Below, in pieces: positions 30,109-39,898 of a DNA stretch of 64,000 nt (position 1 is its first letter; each line of letters begins with the position of its first letter). The stretch is from contig CAZOYD010000001.1 of NCBI GenBank assembly GCA_964583985.1, positions 99,532 to 163,531 on the forward strand. The letters run 5' to 3'. Source of the stretch: an uncultured archaeon. Lineage in GTDB: Archaea > Asgardarchaeota > Lokiarchaeia > Sigyniarchaeales > SOKP01. A program made the translations under genes and the position numbers. Below the pieces are notes generated by a model. That model searched no databases, was not told the DNA's origin, and saw only the letters and a program-made list of their open reading frames with translations.

Positions 30109-31350
30109 ATGTTAAAAATTACAAATGCAAATTTTTTACCAATCGAAAAAAGTGAAAATCCAGAAATAGTTGAAAGAAAGGGTATAGGGCATCCAGATTC
30201 CGTATGTGATGCTGTCGCGGATGCTTGCTCAAGAGCGTTATGTGCATATTATTTGGAACATTATGATCGCGTATACCATCATAATGTTGATAAAGCAGCT
30301 TTAGTTGGAGGAACTGCGAAACCTACTTATGGTGGAGGGATGATAATTCAACCTCAATATTTTCTAATAGTAGGGAGAGCAATCAATCAGATTCTTACAC
30401 AGTGTGGAACTGAATCTAAGTTAGATTATATACCTGTTGCGACAATATGCATCGAAACCCAACGAATTGAATTAGCAAAAATTTTTAGAAATCTCGATTT
30501 AAATCGAGATATTCAATTTGATTATGCTGTTCGTCCTGGATCAATAGATTTAACAGGTGTTTTTGACTCATCACATCATTCTGAGGAGGTTCCTTTAGCA
30601 AATGATACGAGTTTTGGAGTAGGCTTTGCTCCTTTCTCTGATGTTGAGAATATAACCTTAGAAGCAGAAAGATTGCTCAATTCTGCAAAATTTAAAGATA
30701 AATGTAAGGGTTCAGGTGAAGATATCAAGGTAATGACTGAAAGAATTGGTAATAACGTAGGAATTACAATCGCAGCTGCAATGGTTAGTAAATACATACA
30801 TGATCTTGATGAATATATGAGTTATACTAATCAAATTAAAGATGCTATTTTAGATTTAGCAGCAAAATTAATTCCAGATAGAGAAGTCACTTGCCAAGTA
30901 AATGTTGGTGATAATATTGAAAAAGGATTAGTTTACCTTACAATTACAGGAACTTCTGCAGAAGCTGGTGATGATGGTGAAGTTGGTCGAGGAAATCGAT
31001 CTAATGGTTTAATCACTCCTTGTCGTACAATGAGTTTAGAAGCTGTCTGTGGAAAAAATCCTATAAATCATGTCGGAAAAATTTACAATATTTTGGCAAC
31101 GAACATGGCCAGAGCGATTGTAAAGCGGGGTGAGGGAGATATCGTTGAAGCACATGTCAAACTACTATCACAAATCGGTCGTCCCATAACTGATCCCTGG
31201 ATTAATTCAATTGAATTGATCCCAGCTGAAAATGTGAACTTTAAAAGCATAGAGAAAATAGCAGCTGAAGTAAGTGAAGAAATGCTGAGGAAAGAAAGTC
31301 TAATTGATTTGAGGAAACGATTAATAGAAGGGAAAGAGCAAGTATTTTAG
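30109..31350 (+). CDS. mat: Archaeal S-adenosylmethionine synthetase
   Basis: [40 protein letters not shown]. Confidence 0.97.
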   Translation: MLKITNANFLPIEKSENPEIVERKGIGHPDSVCDAVADACSRALCAYYLEHYDRVYHHNVDKAALVGGTAKPTYGGGMIIQPQYFLIVGRAINQILTQCGTESKLDYIPVATICIETQRIELAKIFRNLDLNRDIQFDYAVRPGSIDLTGVFDSSHHSEEVPLANDTSFGVGFAPFSDVENITLEAERLLNSAKFKDKCKGSGEDIKVMTERIGNNVGITIAAAMVSKYIHDLDEYMSYTNQIKDAILDLAAKLIPDREVTCQVNVGDNIEKGLVYLTITGTSAEAGDDGEVGRGNRSNGLITPCRTMSLEAVCGKNPINHVGKIYNILATNMARAIVKRGEGDIVEAHVKLLSQIGRPITDPWINSIELIPAENVNFKSIEKIAAEVSEEMLRKESLIDLRKRLIEGKEQVF

Positions 31351-31483
31351 AATTTTAAAATAAAAAAATTATTTTTTTTACTCTTTTATATATAACAATA
31401 CTATTATTTATAACAAGAATAAGTAATATTAATACATGATTTTATTTTGATCTAATAAATACTTCAAAATCAGTGATTGTGCC

Positions 31484-31759
31484 TTGAGTTTAGATAAATG
31501 GATAACAGATCCAAAAAAAATAAAAAAAAAACAAATTCCAAAAAAGGAAATTATTGAAGAGCAAATTGACGATATTAAATATCAACCATCTGAATTTGAA
31601 ACCAAGATAGACTCACAAATGCTAACCAAATTTGTACTTACGTGTTCAGATTCGAAGTGCAAGTATAAAAAAACATTAAGAAAGAAAAATCTTAAAGATA
31701 AAGATAAGACTTGCCCACGATGCAAGAAGGAAATGAAGGTTAAAATAATAACTGATTAG
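31484..31759 (+). CDS. Small Zn-ribbon protein with N-terminal SLDKW motif
   Basis: CSDSKC...CPRC. Confidence 0.65.
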   Translation: MSLDKWITDPKKIKKKQIPKKEIIEEQIDDIKYQPSEFETKIDSQMLTKFVLTCSDSKCKYKKTLRKKNLKDKDKTCPRCKKEMKVKIITD

Positions 31760-31995
31760 TCTTCCTTCAATACATTAGGAAGGTTATCGAGATCAAATTG
31801 GGTTTCACAATTTGGGCAACGATTTTTCTTTTTACTGTATTTTAAAATGAGATATACAAAGAATCCTAATCCTGCGGTGAGAGTGACTAAGAAGCATAAA
31901 ACTTCATGATAAATGTGTTCAAAGTTTTTTCGCCTTAGTTCTACATTTGCTTCACACACTGGGCAATAGACCACGTTTTTTCCCGTATTAATCAA
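31756..31995 (-). CDS. LITAF-like zinc-ribbon membrane protein
   Basis: CPVC - hydrophobic segment - CPNC arrangement. Confidence 0.65.
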   Translation of the reverse strand: MINTGKNVVYCPVCEANVELRRKNFEHIYHEVLCFLVTLTAGLGFFVYLILKYSKKKNRCPNCETQFDLDNLPNVLKED

Positions 31996-32109
31996 CCAAA
32001 TATTGATACTTTAATTAGTTTTTAAAATAATTCTTCTTTAAATTATTTTTTGAATCTAAAAGAGTAATGTGAATTATAGAAGACATCCATAAAACGAAAA
32101 TTCTACTCT

Positions 32110-32241
32110 TTAATCGCCATTTTTTTTTTTCTTCGTTAAATCAGATAAGAGATTCCAGGTACTATTCACTCCTAACTCATCTAATTTTTTTCGTTCTTTA
32201 TTTATATCCTCGGAATCTTGTCTACTTTCTTCATCATTCAT
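32110..32241 (-). CDS. 43-aa hypothetical microprotein (not in ORF track)
   Basis: MNDEESRQDSEDINKERKKLDELGVNSTWNLLSDLTKKKKNGD; fills an intergenic gap with coding-like composition. Confidence 0.45.
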   Translation of the reverse strand: MNDEESRQDSEDINKERKKLDELGVNSTWNLLSDLTKKKKNGD

Positions 32242-32397
32242 TATTAATTTCTACTTCAATTTCAATATTTTTGAATATACTTAATTTATCCAACTACATC
32301 TTAATAAATCTATTTTGATGTCAATTTGGATTAACATTAAAAGCCTAGAATTTTATATCAAATTATATTGTAAATTATCATAAAAAGGTCTTCTATC

Positions 32398-33333
32398 ATA
32401 CCAACATGTTATCATTGCGGAGAAAATGTTTCAGAAATACATCATTGCTCTCAATGTGATCAAAATTATTGTTCTTTTCATAAAAATCCAATAGATCATG
32501 AATGTAATCTAGTAAAAGAATCCTTAAACATTCACGCTTTTCAAACAACCCCTCAATCAACCACTTCCTCATATCAATCATCCACAATTGAGGCAGTGCA
32601 AGGAAGTTCTGTAGTTAGAGGGACCACTGATGGCACATATACTTGGTATAAACAAGAAAAACAACTACCCAATAATGCATTTGATCCAAATTCGGGGATA
32701 AATTTTAAAGGAATTCTATTGTCTCATAAATCTGAATTAGTACATTTTTTAATCGCGAGTATCATAATATTTGGTATTGGTTTATGGTCTTTTTATGAGG
32801 TTGTATCATATGGTTTAATCTGGGCTTGGTTCATGCTTTCAGGATTTTATGTGACTGCTTTTCTCTTTCATGAATTCGGTCATCGACAGGTAGCACTACA
32901 CTTTGGTTTACAAACAAAATTTAGGTTGCTTACTTATGGAATACTTATGACTGTAATAACATTGGGGCGAATGGCTTTACCTGGTGCGGTTGTTGTATTA
33001 GGTTTAGATAAAATAAGCAGGAAAACGGGATTATGCAAAGCTGCAGGACCACTTGTTAATTTGATTTACGGTTCCATTCTTTTATTAATTTCCTTCATTT
33101 TACCCAATTCAGTATATCCCTTGAATTATTTTATTGGGTACGGTGCTCAATTTAATTTTATGCTTGGGTTATTTAACATGATCCCAATGGGTATTTTAGA
33201 TGGTCAAAATATTTGGAAGTGGAATAAAAAAGTCTACATCTCACTTATCATACCTTTAGCAGTTTTATTAGTCATAACATTGATTAGCATATCGGCTCCT
33301 GTTGGATCCAATCCATATATCCCAATATCATAA
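32398..33333 (+). CDS. AN1 zinc finger + site-2 protease (M50)-like membrane protein (probable ATA start)
   Basis: In-frame upstream extension PTCYHCG..HCSQCDQNYCSFHK.P..HEC; HEFGH, AAGPLVN, FNMIP..ILDG. Confidence 0.85.
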   Translation: MPTCYHCGENVSEIHHCSQCDQNYCSFHKNPIDHECNLVKESLNIHAFQTTPQSTTSSYQSSTIEAVQGSSVVRGTTDGTYTWYKQEKQLPNNAFDPNSGINFKGILLSHKSELVHFLIASIIIFGIGLWSFYEVVSYGLIWAWFMLSGFYVTAFLFHEFGHRQVALHFGLQTKFRLLTYGILMTVITLGRMALPGAVVVLGLDKISRKTGLCKAAGPLVNLIYGSILLLISFILPNSVYPLNYFIGYGAQFNFMLGLFNMIPMGILDGQNIWKWNKKVYISLIIPLAVLLVITLISISAPVGSNPYIPIS

Positions 33334-33428
33334 AATTTAACAGATTATTTTTTTTATATCATATAATGATAAAATATCAAAGAAATAGTTGATATTTTTA
33401 AATTAATGTCTTAGGATAATTCAATCTC

Positions 33429-34355
33429 ATGTCTTTTTGTGAATTTTGTGGAGAAAAAATTGGGTATTTGCCTTTTAAATGTAAATATTGTGGTGGGGTT
33501 TTTTGCAAGAAACATAGATTACCCGAGAATCATGAGTGTACATTTGAATTAAAACACGTCCCTTTAGTGCCAAACACGTCTACAGGAGGGAATCCTTTAC
33601 TTATTAAACCACAAAAGTTAAAGTCTAAGTCAAAACAACAAAAACAACTGAATAATTATTTGAAACGTCAAGACCAACATTACATACCAAGGGTGAAACG
33701 ATCAAATAATTGGAATGCGAATTTTGGAGGTACGAAAGCGCTTTTGATTTTTATTTTAATTTTATCCATAGTGGCTTCATTATTTAGACAATTTAATCTT
33801 CAATTATACATATATTTTAGTTTGAGCGGATTGATCAATAATTATGCATTTCAAACGATTATCACTTCGCTTTTTATTACAGATATCGATCTATTTAGCT
33901 TCTATGCCTTTTTGGATATAATTTTTTTAGCTATCATGCTTTTTTTCACATATTTGCTGTCCAGAACTATTGAAATACGATTTGGATCATTTTTTCTTTT
34001 CAAGCTTTTCATGGTCTCCAGTTTTTTTTCCCTTCTATTTTTCATCCTTTTAAGACTCACATTGATTGAAATAGTTCCAATAACCATAATAAATGCAATT
34101 CCTATGGGATTCGCGTGGGGAGGAATTTTAGGTTTAATTTCATATTCCTTGTTCCCCATCATGAATCAAGAAATAACCGCATTCATGGCGATTATTCCTA
34201 TAAGATTGAAAGGGAAAACTTTCTTATATGTCATTATCATATTAAGAATATTCCCAATATTGTTTAGTCCTCTTTCTTTCGTGGTCTATCTTCCTGATTT
34301 AGGTGGAATTTTAGGAGCTTGGATTCTTTTTCAATATCAAATAAAAAGAAATTAA
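33429..34355 (+). CDS. AN1 zinc finger + rhomboid-like membrane protein (catalytic residues apparently lost)
   Basis: [28 protein letters not shown]; rhomboid-like TM pattern with GFAWGG and PDLGG in place of GxSG and HLGG. Confidence 0.75.
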   Translation: MSFCEFCGEKIGYLPFKCKYCGGVFCKKHRLPENHECTFELKHVPLVPNTSTGGNPLLIKPQKLKSKSKQQKQLNNYLKRQDQHYIPRVKRSNNWNANFGGTKALLIFILILSIVASLFRQFNLQLYIYFSLSGLINNYAFQTIITSLFITDIDLFSFYAFLDIIFLAIMLFFTYLLSRTIEIRFGSFFLFKLFMVSSFFSLLFFILLRLTLIEIVPITIINAIPMGFAWGGILGLISYSLFPIMNQEITAFMAIIPIRLKGKTFLYVIIILRIFPILFSPLSFVVYLPDLGGILGAWILFQYQIKRN

Positions 34356-34373
34356 AAAAAAAGAAAAAAGATC

Positions 34374-35012
34374 ATGAAAATTATCGAGTTAAATGAAGAT
34401 TTAATAGGAAATAATGAGAAATTAGCTTCTGCGAATAATGAATTATTCAAAAAAAATAAGATAAAATCTTATGATATTGTAGGCGCTATTGGAGCAGGTA
34501 AAACAGCTTTACTGGAGGCAATCGTTAGTCATATTTCCAATGATTTTAATGTGCTTGTGATTAATGGGGATGTAGCAACAAGAATTGATGCTGACAGAAT
34601 AGAACAGCATGGGGCAAAATCGATCCAAGTGAATACAGGAAGGGAATGTGCTTTAAATTCTTATCATATCAATCAAGTACTAAAAAATATTGATTTAAAA
34701 GATTATGATATTGTTTTTATTGAAAATGTGGGTAACTTGATTTGTCCATCCGATTTTATTTTAGGTGCTGACAAGAGGATTGTAGTTGTATCAATCACGG
34801 AAGGAGAATGGGTAATAAAAAAGCATCCGTTATTGTTTAAGATGTCAGATATAGCGGTAATTAATAAAATCGATTTAATGGATGTTATGGATATAAATAT
34901 TGAGGAGATGATTTCTGATGCACGCAATATCAACCCTAATTTAGAAGTAATTACGACAAGTGCTCAATCTGGGGAAAATATTTCTAAATTCATAAATTTG
35001 CTCCTCTCATGA
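34374..35012 (+). CDS. hypB: Hydrogenase nickel-insertion GTPase HypB
   Basis: GAGKT, GDVATRIDADRI, IENVGNLICP, INKID. Confidence 0.93.
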   Translation: MKIIELNEDLIGNNEKLASANNELFKKNKIKSYDIVGAIGAGKTALLEAIVSHISNDFNVLVINGDVATRIDADRIEQHGAKSIQVNTGRECALNSYHINQVLKNIDLKDYDIVFIENVGNLICPSDFILGADKRIVVVSITEGEWVIKKHPLLFKMSDIAVINKIDLMDVMDINIEEMISDARNINPNLEVITTSAQSGENISKFINLLLS

Positions 35013-35113
35013 GAAAATTGCAAGAAAATGTGTTTTGAACTAAATTAAGAATAAAAGCAAAAGAACATTTCTAATATTAATTATATAGAAAATATTCATT
35101 ATTAATCATAAAC

Positions 35114-35527
35114 ATGTCGCTTAGATCATACAATCAAGAATTAGGTCTACTTATTGATAAGATCGTCAAGGTCTACCTAGAAGGAGAAGGATTTTTTGTA
35201 GGTCAGTTAAAAGGAGTCTCCGAAGATTCAAATCTTATACTTGTAAACGCTAAGAACCATAAAAATCATGCTTTTCCTAAATTATTAATACGTAGCTCAT
35301 TTTATAATTTTGTGACAATAGAGGATGAACCATTTCCCATGAAAGCTTTATCAGAGAGAATTGGGACGATTTTCTCTGGACACGTTAATTACATAGAAGA
35401 TCAAAACATCATTTCAATATTAAATGGTAAAATTATCGTTGATGAAAATGGTGTGAGAGGGACGGGTCCTTCTTCTGATCGCGTAAAGAAAATTTATGAG
35501 CAATTTATACTAGATATTGAGAAATAA
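35114..35527 (+). CDS. Sm/Lsm protein with C-terminal extension (SmAP3 type)
   Basis: Sm1 motif VKVYL..G..FVGQL...NLILVNA; C-terminal domain VNYIEDQN..GVRGTGP similar to crenarchaeal SmAP3. Confidence 0.85.
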   Translation: MSLRSYNQELGLLIDKIVKVYLEGEGFFVGQLKGVSEDSNLILVNAKNHKNHAFPKLLIRSSFYNFVTIEDEPFPMKALSERIGTIFSGHVNYIEDQNIISILNGKIIVDENGVRGTGPSSDRVKKIYEQFILDIEK

Positions 35528-35553
35528 TTGTATCCTTTTATTTTTTTTCCAAT

Positions 35554-36060
35554 TTAAGAAGGTCTTTCTTGTTCAAAAACATTAAGCAAGTTTTTTAATC
35601 TTAGATCTTGAATTATATTCTTCAATATGGCTTTACCAAGCGGTGTAACCCTAATAATGTCTAAATCTTCAATTTCTCTTAAATAATCATTAGCAATTAA
35701 AAATTTAATATCTGAATCCCACACATCAGAAAATAGGGTCATAAGATCTTTTTTTGGTAAATTTTCTTCTAATTCCTTACCAAGAGCTGTTATCAATGCC
35801 AAAATTCCATATTGGGAGGGTGATATTGTATCATCCATTCCATCGGTGGTTAACACGTAGAAGTTTTGATCAAAAAATTTAGTTTTTATTAGTTCAAATC
35901 CTACATTTTGCAAATTTTGGTAAACTTCACTTATAATTTCCTCAAAATCTTGGTTACTACTAAGGGTTTTCAAGTCTTCTTCTCTAACTAACTTTTGAGG
36001 ATTTGTTAAAATGAGTTTCGTTATTTTTCTAACCGTTTTTTCAATTTCTTGATTTTCCAT
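35554..36060 (-). CDS. Hypothetical tandem winged-helix protein
   Basis: ISPSQYGILAL..FLIANDYL..IRVTPLGK wHTH-like pattern; last gene of operon. Confidence 0.6.
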   Translation of the reverse strand: MENQEIEKTVRKITKLILTNPQKLVREEDLKTLSSNQDFEEIISEVYQNLQNVGFELIKTKFFDQNFYVLTTDGMDDTISPSQYGILALITALGKELEENLPKKDLMTLFSDVWDSDIKFLIANDYLREIEDLDIIRVTPLGKAILKNIIQDLRLKNLLNVFEQERPS

Positions 36061-36063
36061 AAT

Positions 36064-37680
36064 CTAGTCACTATCTATAATTTTTATTATTTTTATATTG
36101 TTAATTTGATTTTTTAGTTCTAAATTAGATATGATAAAGACGATCGTATAATCATTGAAAGTTGAATTTCGTTCAAACAATTGAATTAATTTTCGAATTG
36201 TTCTGAATATTGATCCTCGTTTATTATAAGTATCAGGAATAAAAGCATTTGAAATAATGATTGTTTTTGATCTTTGGAGCATCTTTATTGCAATTTGCAA
36301 TATAATTATAAAATAAATCTTTTCAGGGGTAGTTAGGTCATTAAATGGTAAATTATCGTTCTTGGTTCTGGTAAATTGAGGATGAATTAATAATTTTTTA
36401 TAATCCTCTGTAATTGATATTTCTAGGTTTATTCGTAAATTTATCTCATTTAACAATAAATTGAGTGTTTCCTCTAATTTAGTCACATGAGACTCTAATA
36501 TGAAATACCCTTCGAACATTTTATCGAATTTTTGATCTGCATCAGAAATAGTCATTTTATTTTTATTTTTATTTAAAAAGTTAATTAATTTGCCAAGTTC
36601 GTCTGTTAAAGCCTCAAAATTAATGATAGAATCATCATTTACATACGTTTCACTTGTTAAAATCGTTTCCATTCTTAATTCAAGATCTGATAATGCGAGT
36701 TCTATTTGGGAAGGGGTTTTAATAGACTTAAAATCGATTTTTTGTACTTGTTCACTCAAGCTTACATCTAAACTTGTAAGTGCCTTTTTTAGTTCATTTT
36801 CTTTTATCTTTGCTTTATTTTCATCTTCCTTTATCAAATGTACTAGTTTATCATAATCTTGAGTAATGATTTTAAATTGGGGGAATAAATCGTCATGTAT
36901 CTGTGAAATTTCGTCAAGATTTAGTTTTAATTTGTTAATCTCGTACTGAATTTCTCTTGCTTTAATTTGTAATAATCTGATCTTCTCAGCATTTGTCATT
37001 TCAGAATCTAAATCTAAAAGAGAATTGAGTTCTTCTTCATTTGTTATTAATTTTGAGGATATATCCATATTACGAGTAATTTTATTAATATAGCTGAAAC
37101 ACATTTTTTTTTTATTTGTCAAGTTTTGTAAAATATCATTATTCTTCTGGATATCTTTATTTACATTGTCAATTTGATTTTTCTTTTTTTGATAATCTTG
37201 TGCTAAATAGCTTAATTTGGTTTTGTTTTCTATTAATGATTTATTTAACTTTTCTAATAAATCCGAAATTGCTTTTATTTCACTTGATTGTTTAAATGTT
37301 TTAGCAATCTCTAATTCTTTATTGAGTCGAGATTTTTCATTATTTAGTGTAATGATTTGAAACAATTTTATTATTTTGTGAGTCAGATTAATTAGATTTG
37401 ATAATAAATCAGTATTTAAATCGATTGATTTAAGATAATTCTTTAAATATTTTAAAAGATTAATTGATTCTTTAATCATAGGGTAAAAAGAATCTAGATT
37501 CTTTATTAAATTCTCTACGGGTATAGGATCTAAATTTGTGATTAATTCAACTAAATTTTCATCCTTAATAGAGATTATATCATCGTCTTTAATCTTACCA
37601 ATGATTAAAGTTAATCGATCTTGGATGAGATATTTCCGTGTTCCTATAGTTATTTGTCCATGCTCATCTTTAATATTCAT
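36064..37680 (-). CDS. SMC/Rad50-like coiled-coil protein with degenerate ABC head
   Basis: Long central coiled coil; N-terminal LTLIIG and C-terminal LTTPEK..IIISN resemble decayed Walker A/signature/Walker B. Confidence 0.6.
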   Translation of the reverse strand: MNIKDEHGQITIGTRKYLIQDRLTLIIGKIKDDDIISIKDENLVELITNLDPIPVENLIKNLDSFYPMIKESINLLKYLKNYLKSIDLNTDLLSNLINLTHKIIKLFQIITLNNEKSRLNKELEIAKTFKQSSEIKAISDLLEKLNKSLIENKTKLSYLAQDYQKKKNQIDNVNKDIQKNNDILQNLTNKKKMCFSYINKITRNMDISSKLITNEEELNSLLDLDSEMTNAEKIRLLQIKAREIQYEINKLKLNLDEISQIHDDLFPQFKIITQDYDKLVHLIKEDENKAKIKENELKKALTSLDVSLSEQVQKIDFKSIKTPSQIELALSDLELRMETILTSETYVNDDSIINFEALTDELGKLINFLNKNKNKMTISDADQKFDKMFEGYFILESHVTKLEETLNLLLNEINLRINLEISITEDYKKLLIHPQFTRTKNDNLPFNDLTTPEKIYFIIILQIAIKMLQRSKTIIISNAFIPDTYNKRGSIFRTIRKLIQLFERNSTFNDYTIVFIISNLELKNQINNIKIIKIIDSD

Positions 37681-37684
37681 TTGT

Positions 37685-38725
37685 TCATTCCTGACCAAAA
37701 TGTTTTTTGAATTTCTTAAATTCTTCTGCCTTCAATTTTTTCCTCTTTCTAATTAAATCTACAGGGTCTTGTTCTTGGTCTATTCCAATTAAATTTTCAT
37801 CTTGAAATTTTTTTTCGAATTGAGATTTAAATAATTCTATTTTCTCAGATATTTCTTCACTAATTTCTAATTCTTTAGATTGATTGAAAGGAACATCGAT
37901 ATTACTTAATTTTTCTCTTGATTTTTTCCTCCTTCGTCTTTCAAATTCTTTTGCTGACAATTTTAGGTAATCTTGATAGCCTTGATTTTGTTCTTCTTGC
38001 TTTAATTTCAATTTCTCTAATTCTTCTTTTTCCTTCATTTTTTGTAGGAGGGCTCTTCTCTTGTTTAAATCAGAGGCTGTTAGCAATTTTTCATATTCAC
38101 TAAAGAATTTCTCAAAAGATAAATCAGGATCGTCATAAAAAGCATTCTTGAAATCATTTTTAATCTCATTATCAAATTCCTCAGGAATCATCTCCAATTC
38201 TTTTTTTAATTTTATAGCTGTAATTTTTCCGTAATAATCCCTTATTACAGGGATTAATTTCATAAAAATTGAATTTTGATTTAATGAATCTAAAAGATTA
38301 AACCAATCATTCATCAAAATAGAATTAACATAGGAAATCTGTTGATTTACCTTACTAATTTTTTGCTGGGAAATTAAGTAAAGCCCCAGAATTTTGCTCT
38401 TTTCTTGATCAATATTCAGTCTTAGTAAATGATTTTTATATTGTTCCTTGTATTTTTTTAGTAAATTATCTTGAAAATTAAGGAAATTAGTGATATTCTT
38501 GTTAGTGATTTGAGTGAGTTCATTATATAATTCTTGGAGGTGAGTTAACATCTTTTCAATCTGTGTTTTTTCAATTTTAAGAGAATTTACTTCATAAATC
38601 TGCTTTTTTGATTGGTTGACTTGTTCTATGGAAAAAGAAAGGGAATTCAATCTATTTTGCAAGGTATTTAATGGTTCTGTAATGCACTTAATTCTATTTA
38701 AATCAAAAATTAAATCTTTTGACAT
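37685..38725 (-). CDS. Hypothetical coiled-coil protein
   Basis: 346-aa ORF, charged helical, EFERRRRKK segment. Confidence 0.7.
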   Translation of the reverse strand: MSKDLIFDLNRIKCITEPLNTLQNRLNSLSFSIEQVNQSKKQIYEVNSLKIEKTQIEKMLTHLQELYNELTQITNKNITNFLNFQDNLLKKYKEQYKNHLLRLNIDQEKSKILGLYLISQQKISKVNQQISYVNSILMNDWFNLLDSLNQNSIFMKLIPVIRDYYGKITAIKLKKELEMIPEEFDNEIKNDFKNAFYDDPDLSFEKFFSEYEKLLTASDLNKRRALLQKMKEKEELEKLKLKQEEQNQGYQDYLKLSAKEFERRRRKKSREKLSNIDVPFNQSKELEISEEISEKIELFKSQFEKKFQDENLIGIDQEQDPVDLIRKRKKLKAEEFKKFKKHFGQE

Positions 38726-38762
38726 TATTCATCACTTCTTTTTTTATAACTCTTTTAAGGAA

Positions 38763-39869
38763 TTAAATTTCAGGGGGTTTTTTAGTGCTATTTAGTTTTT
38801 TCTCATTTCCTTCATCTATTTTTATACTTTTAGTTGTAGCTAATGTATTTTGACGTTCGACATGAATTGCTGTGCCACCGACTAATTTTAAGGAATCATG
38901 GAAGAGATCGTAAGTTAGGAGATCACTAGATATAGCCTTTAATAATGCAACCTTAGTCCCTCTTTCAATATCAGATCCAGAATACCCATGAGTTAATTTT
39001 AATAACCCCTCTCCTTTAATTTTTTTAGAGATTTCATTCCATAATACCATATCGTCAAATTCCGTGACTTTTTGACCCATTTTATTTGTGATATCTTTTT
39101 CAATCTTTTGTATACGATTATATTCATCATCTAAACGAGTAAAAATTTGATCATCAACGCCTATTTTTGCTTGCTTGATTTTATCTAAAAAAGCTTCAAT
39201 TATCTGTTTTCTAAGATTATAGTCTGGAAAATCAAACTTGAAATGAAATGTAAATCGCCTCCATATTGCTGAATCTAATTGATGTTGGTGATTTGTAGCT
39301 CCAAAAATAGCAAGGGGTACCCCTTCATAATTTACTCTATCAATTACTTGTAAAAAAGAAATAACAGCACGTTTGATCTCTCCTACCTCATGAATATTGG
39401 ATCGTTCTGATCCAATAGCATCAATTTCATCAAAAAATAAAACAAAAGCACCTCTTTCTTTAGAAATTTCTGAGGATAACTCAACTACATTTCGTATGTT
39501 TTTAATTGTATCTCCTAATAATGGTGAAACAAGGCGATCTGACTCTACAACACAAATTGGCACATTATATTTTTTTGCAAATCCCCTGGTTAGTGAGGTT
39601 TTTCCCGTTCCTGGAGGTCCATATAAAAGTACAGTGAGATTTGGATTTAAGTTTGTATTTTTTAACTTTTCAATGAATTCATAATACTTATTCAAGGCTT
39701 TAAAAAATTCTTCGAGAAGATCTTTGATTATATCATTTCCTAATATATCATCAACTGATTCTTTTATATCTTCTGGAAAATATACCGCACCATATTTTCC
39801 AATTCTTTCTTTAATAACATCGTCAGTATACACTACTTTTTTTTCAACATCATCTTTTAATTTGGATAT
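38763..39869 (-). CDS. Single-ring classical AAA+ ATPase (probable ATA start at 39869)
   Basis: LLYGPPGTGKT, LFFDEIDAIG..R, ATNH..LDSAIWRRF, GYSGSDI. Confidence 0.92.
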   Translation of the reverse strand: MSKLKDDVEKKVVYTDDVIKERIGKYGAVYFPEDIKESVDDILGNDIIKDLLEEFFKALNKYYEFIEKLKNTNLNPNLTVLLYGPPGTGKTSLTRGFAKKYNVPICVVESDRLVSPLLGDTIKNIRNVVELSSEISKERGAFVLFFDEIDAIGSERSNIHEVGEIKRAVISFLQVIDRVNYEGVPLAIFGATNHQHQLDSAIWRRFTFHFKFDFPDYNLRKQIIEAFLDKIKQAKIGVDDQIFTRLDDEYNRIQKIEKDITNKMGQKVTEFDDMVLWNEISKKIKGEGLLKLTHGYSGSDIERGTKVALLKAISSDLLTYDLFHDSLKLVGGTAIHVERQNTLATTKSIKIDEGNEKKLNSTKKPPEI

Positions 39870-39898
39870 TTTCTTTCACCTCTTTTTTCGGTTTATTC

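Noticed and set aside
32396-32587. 63-aa minus-strand ORF
   Set aside because: Overlaps the AN1 zinc-finger extension on the plus strand
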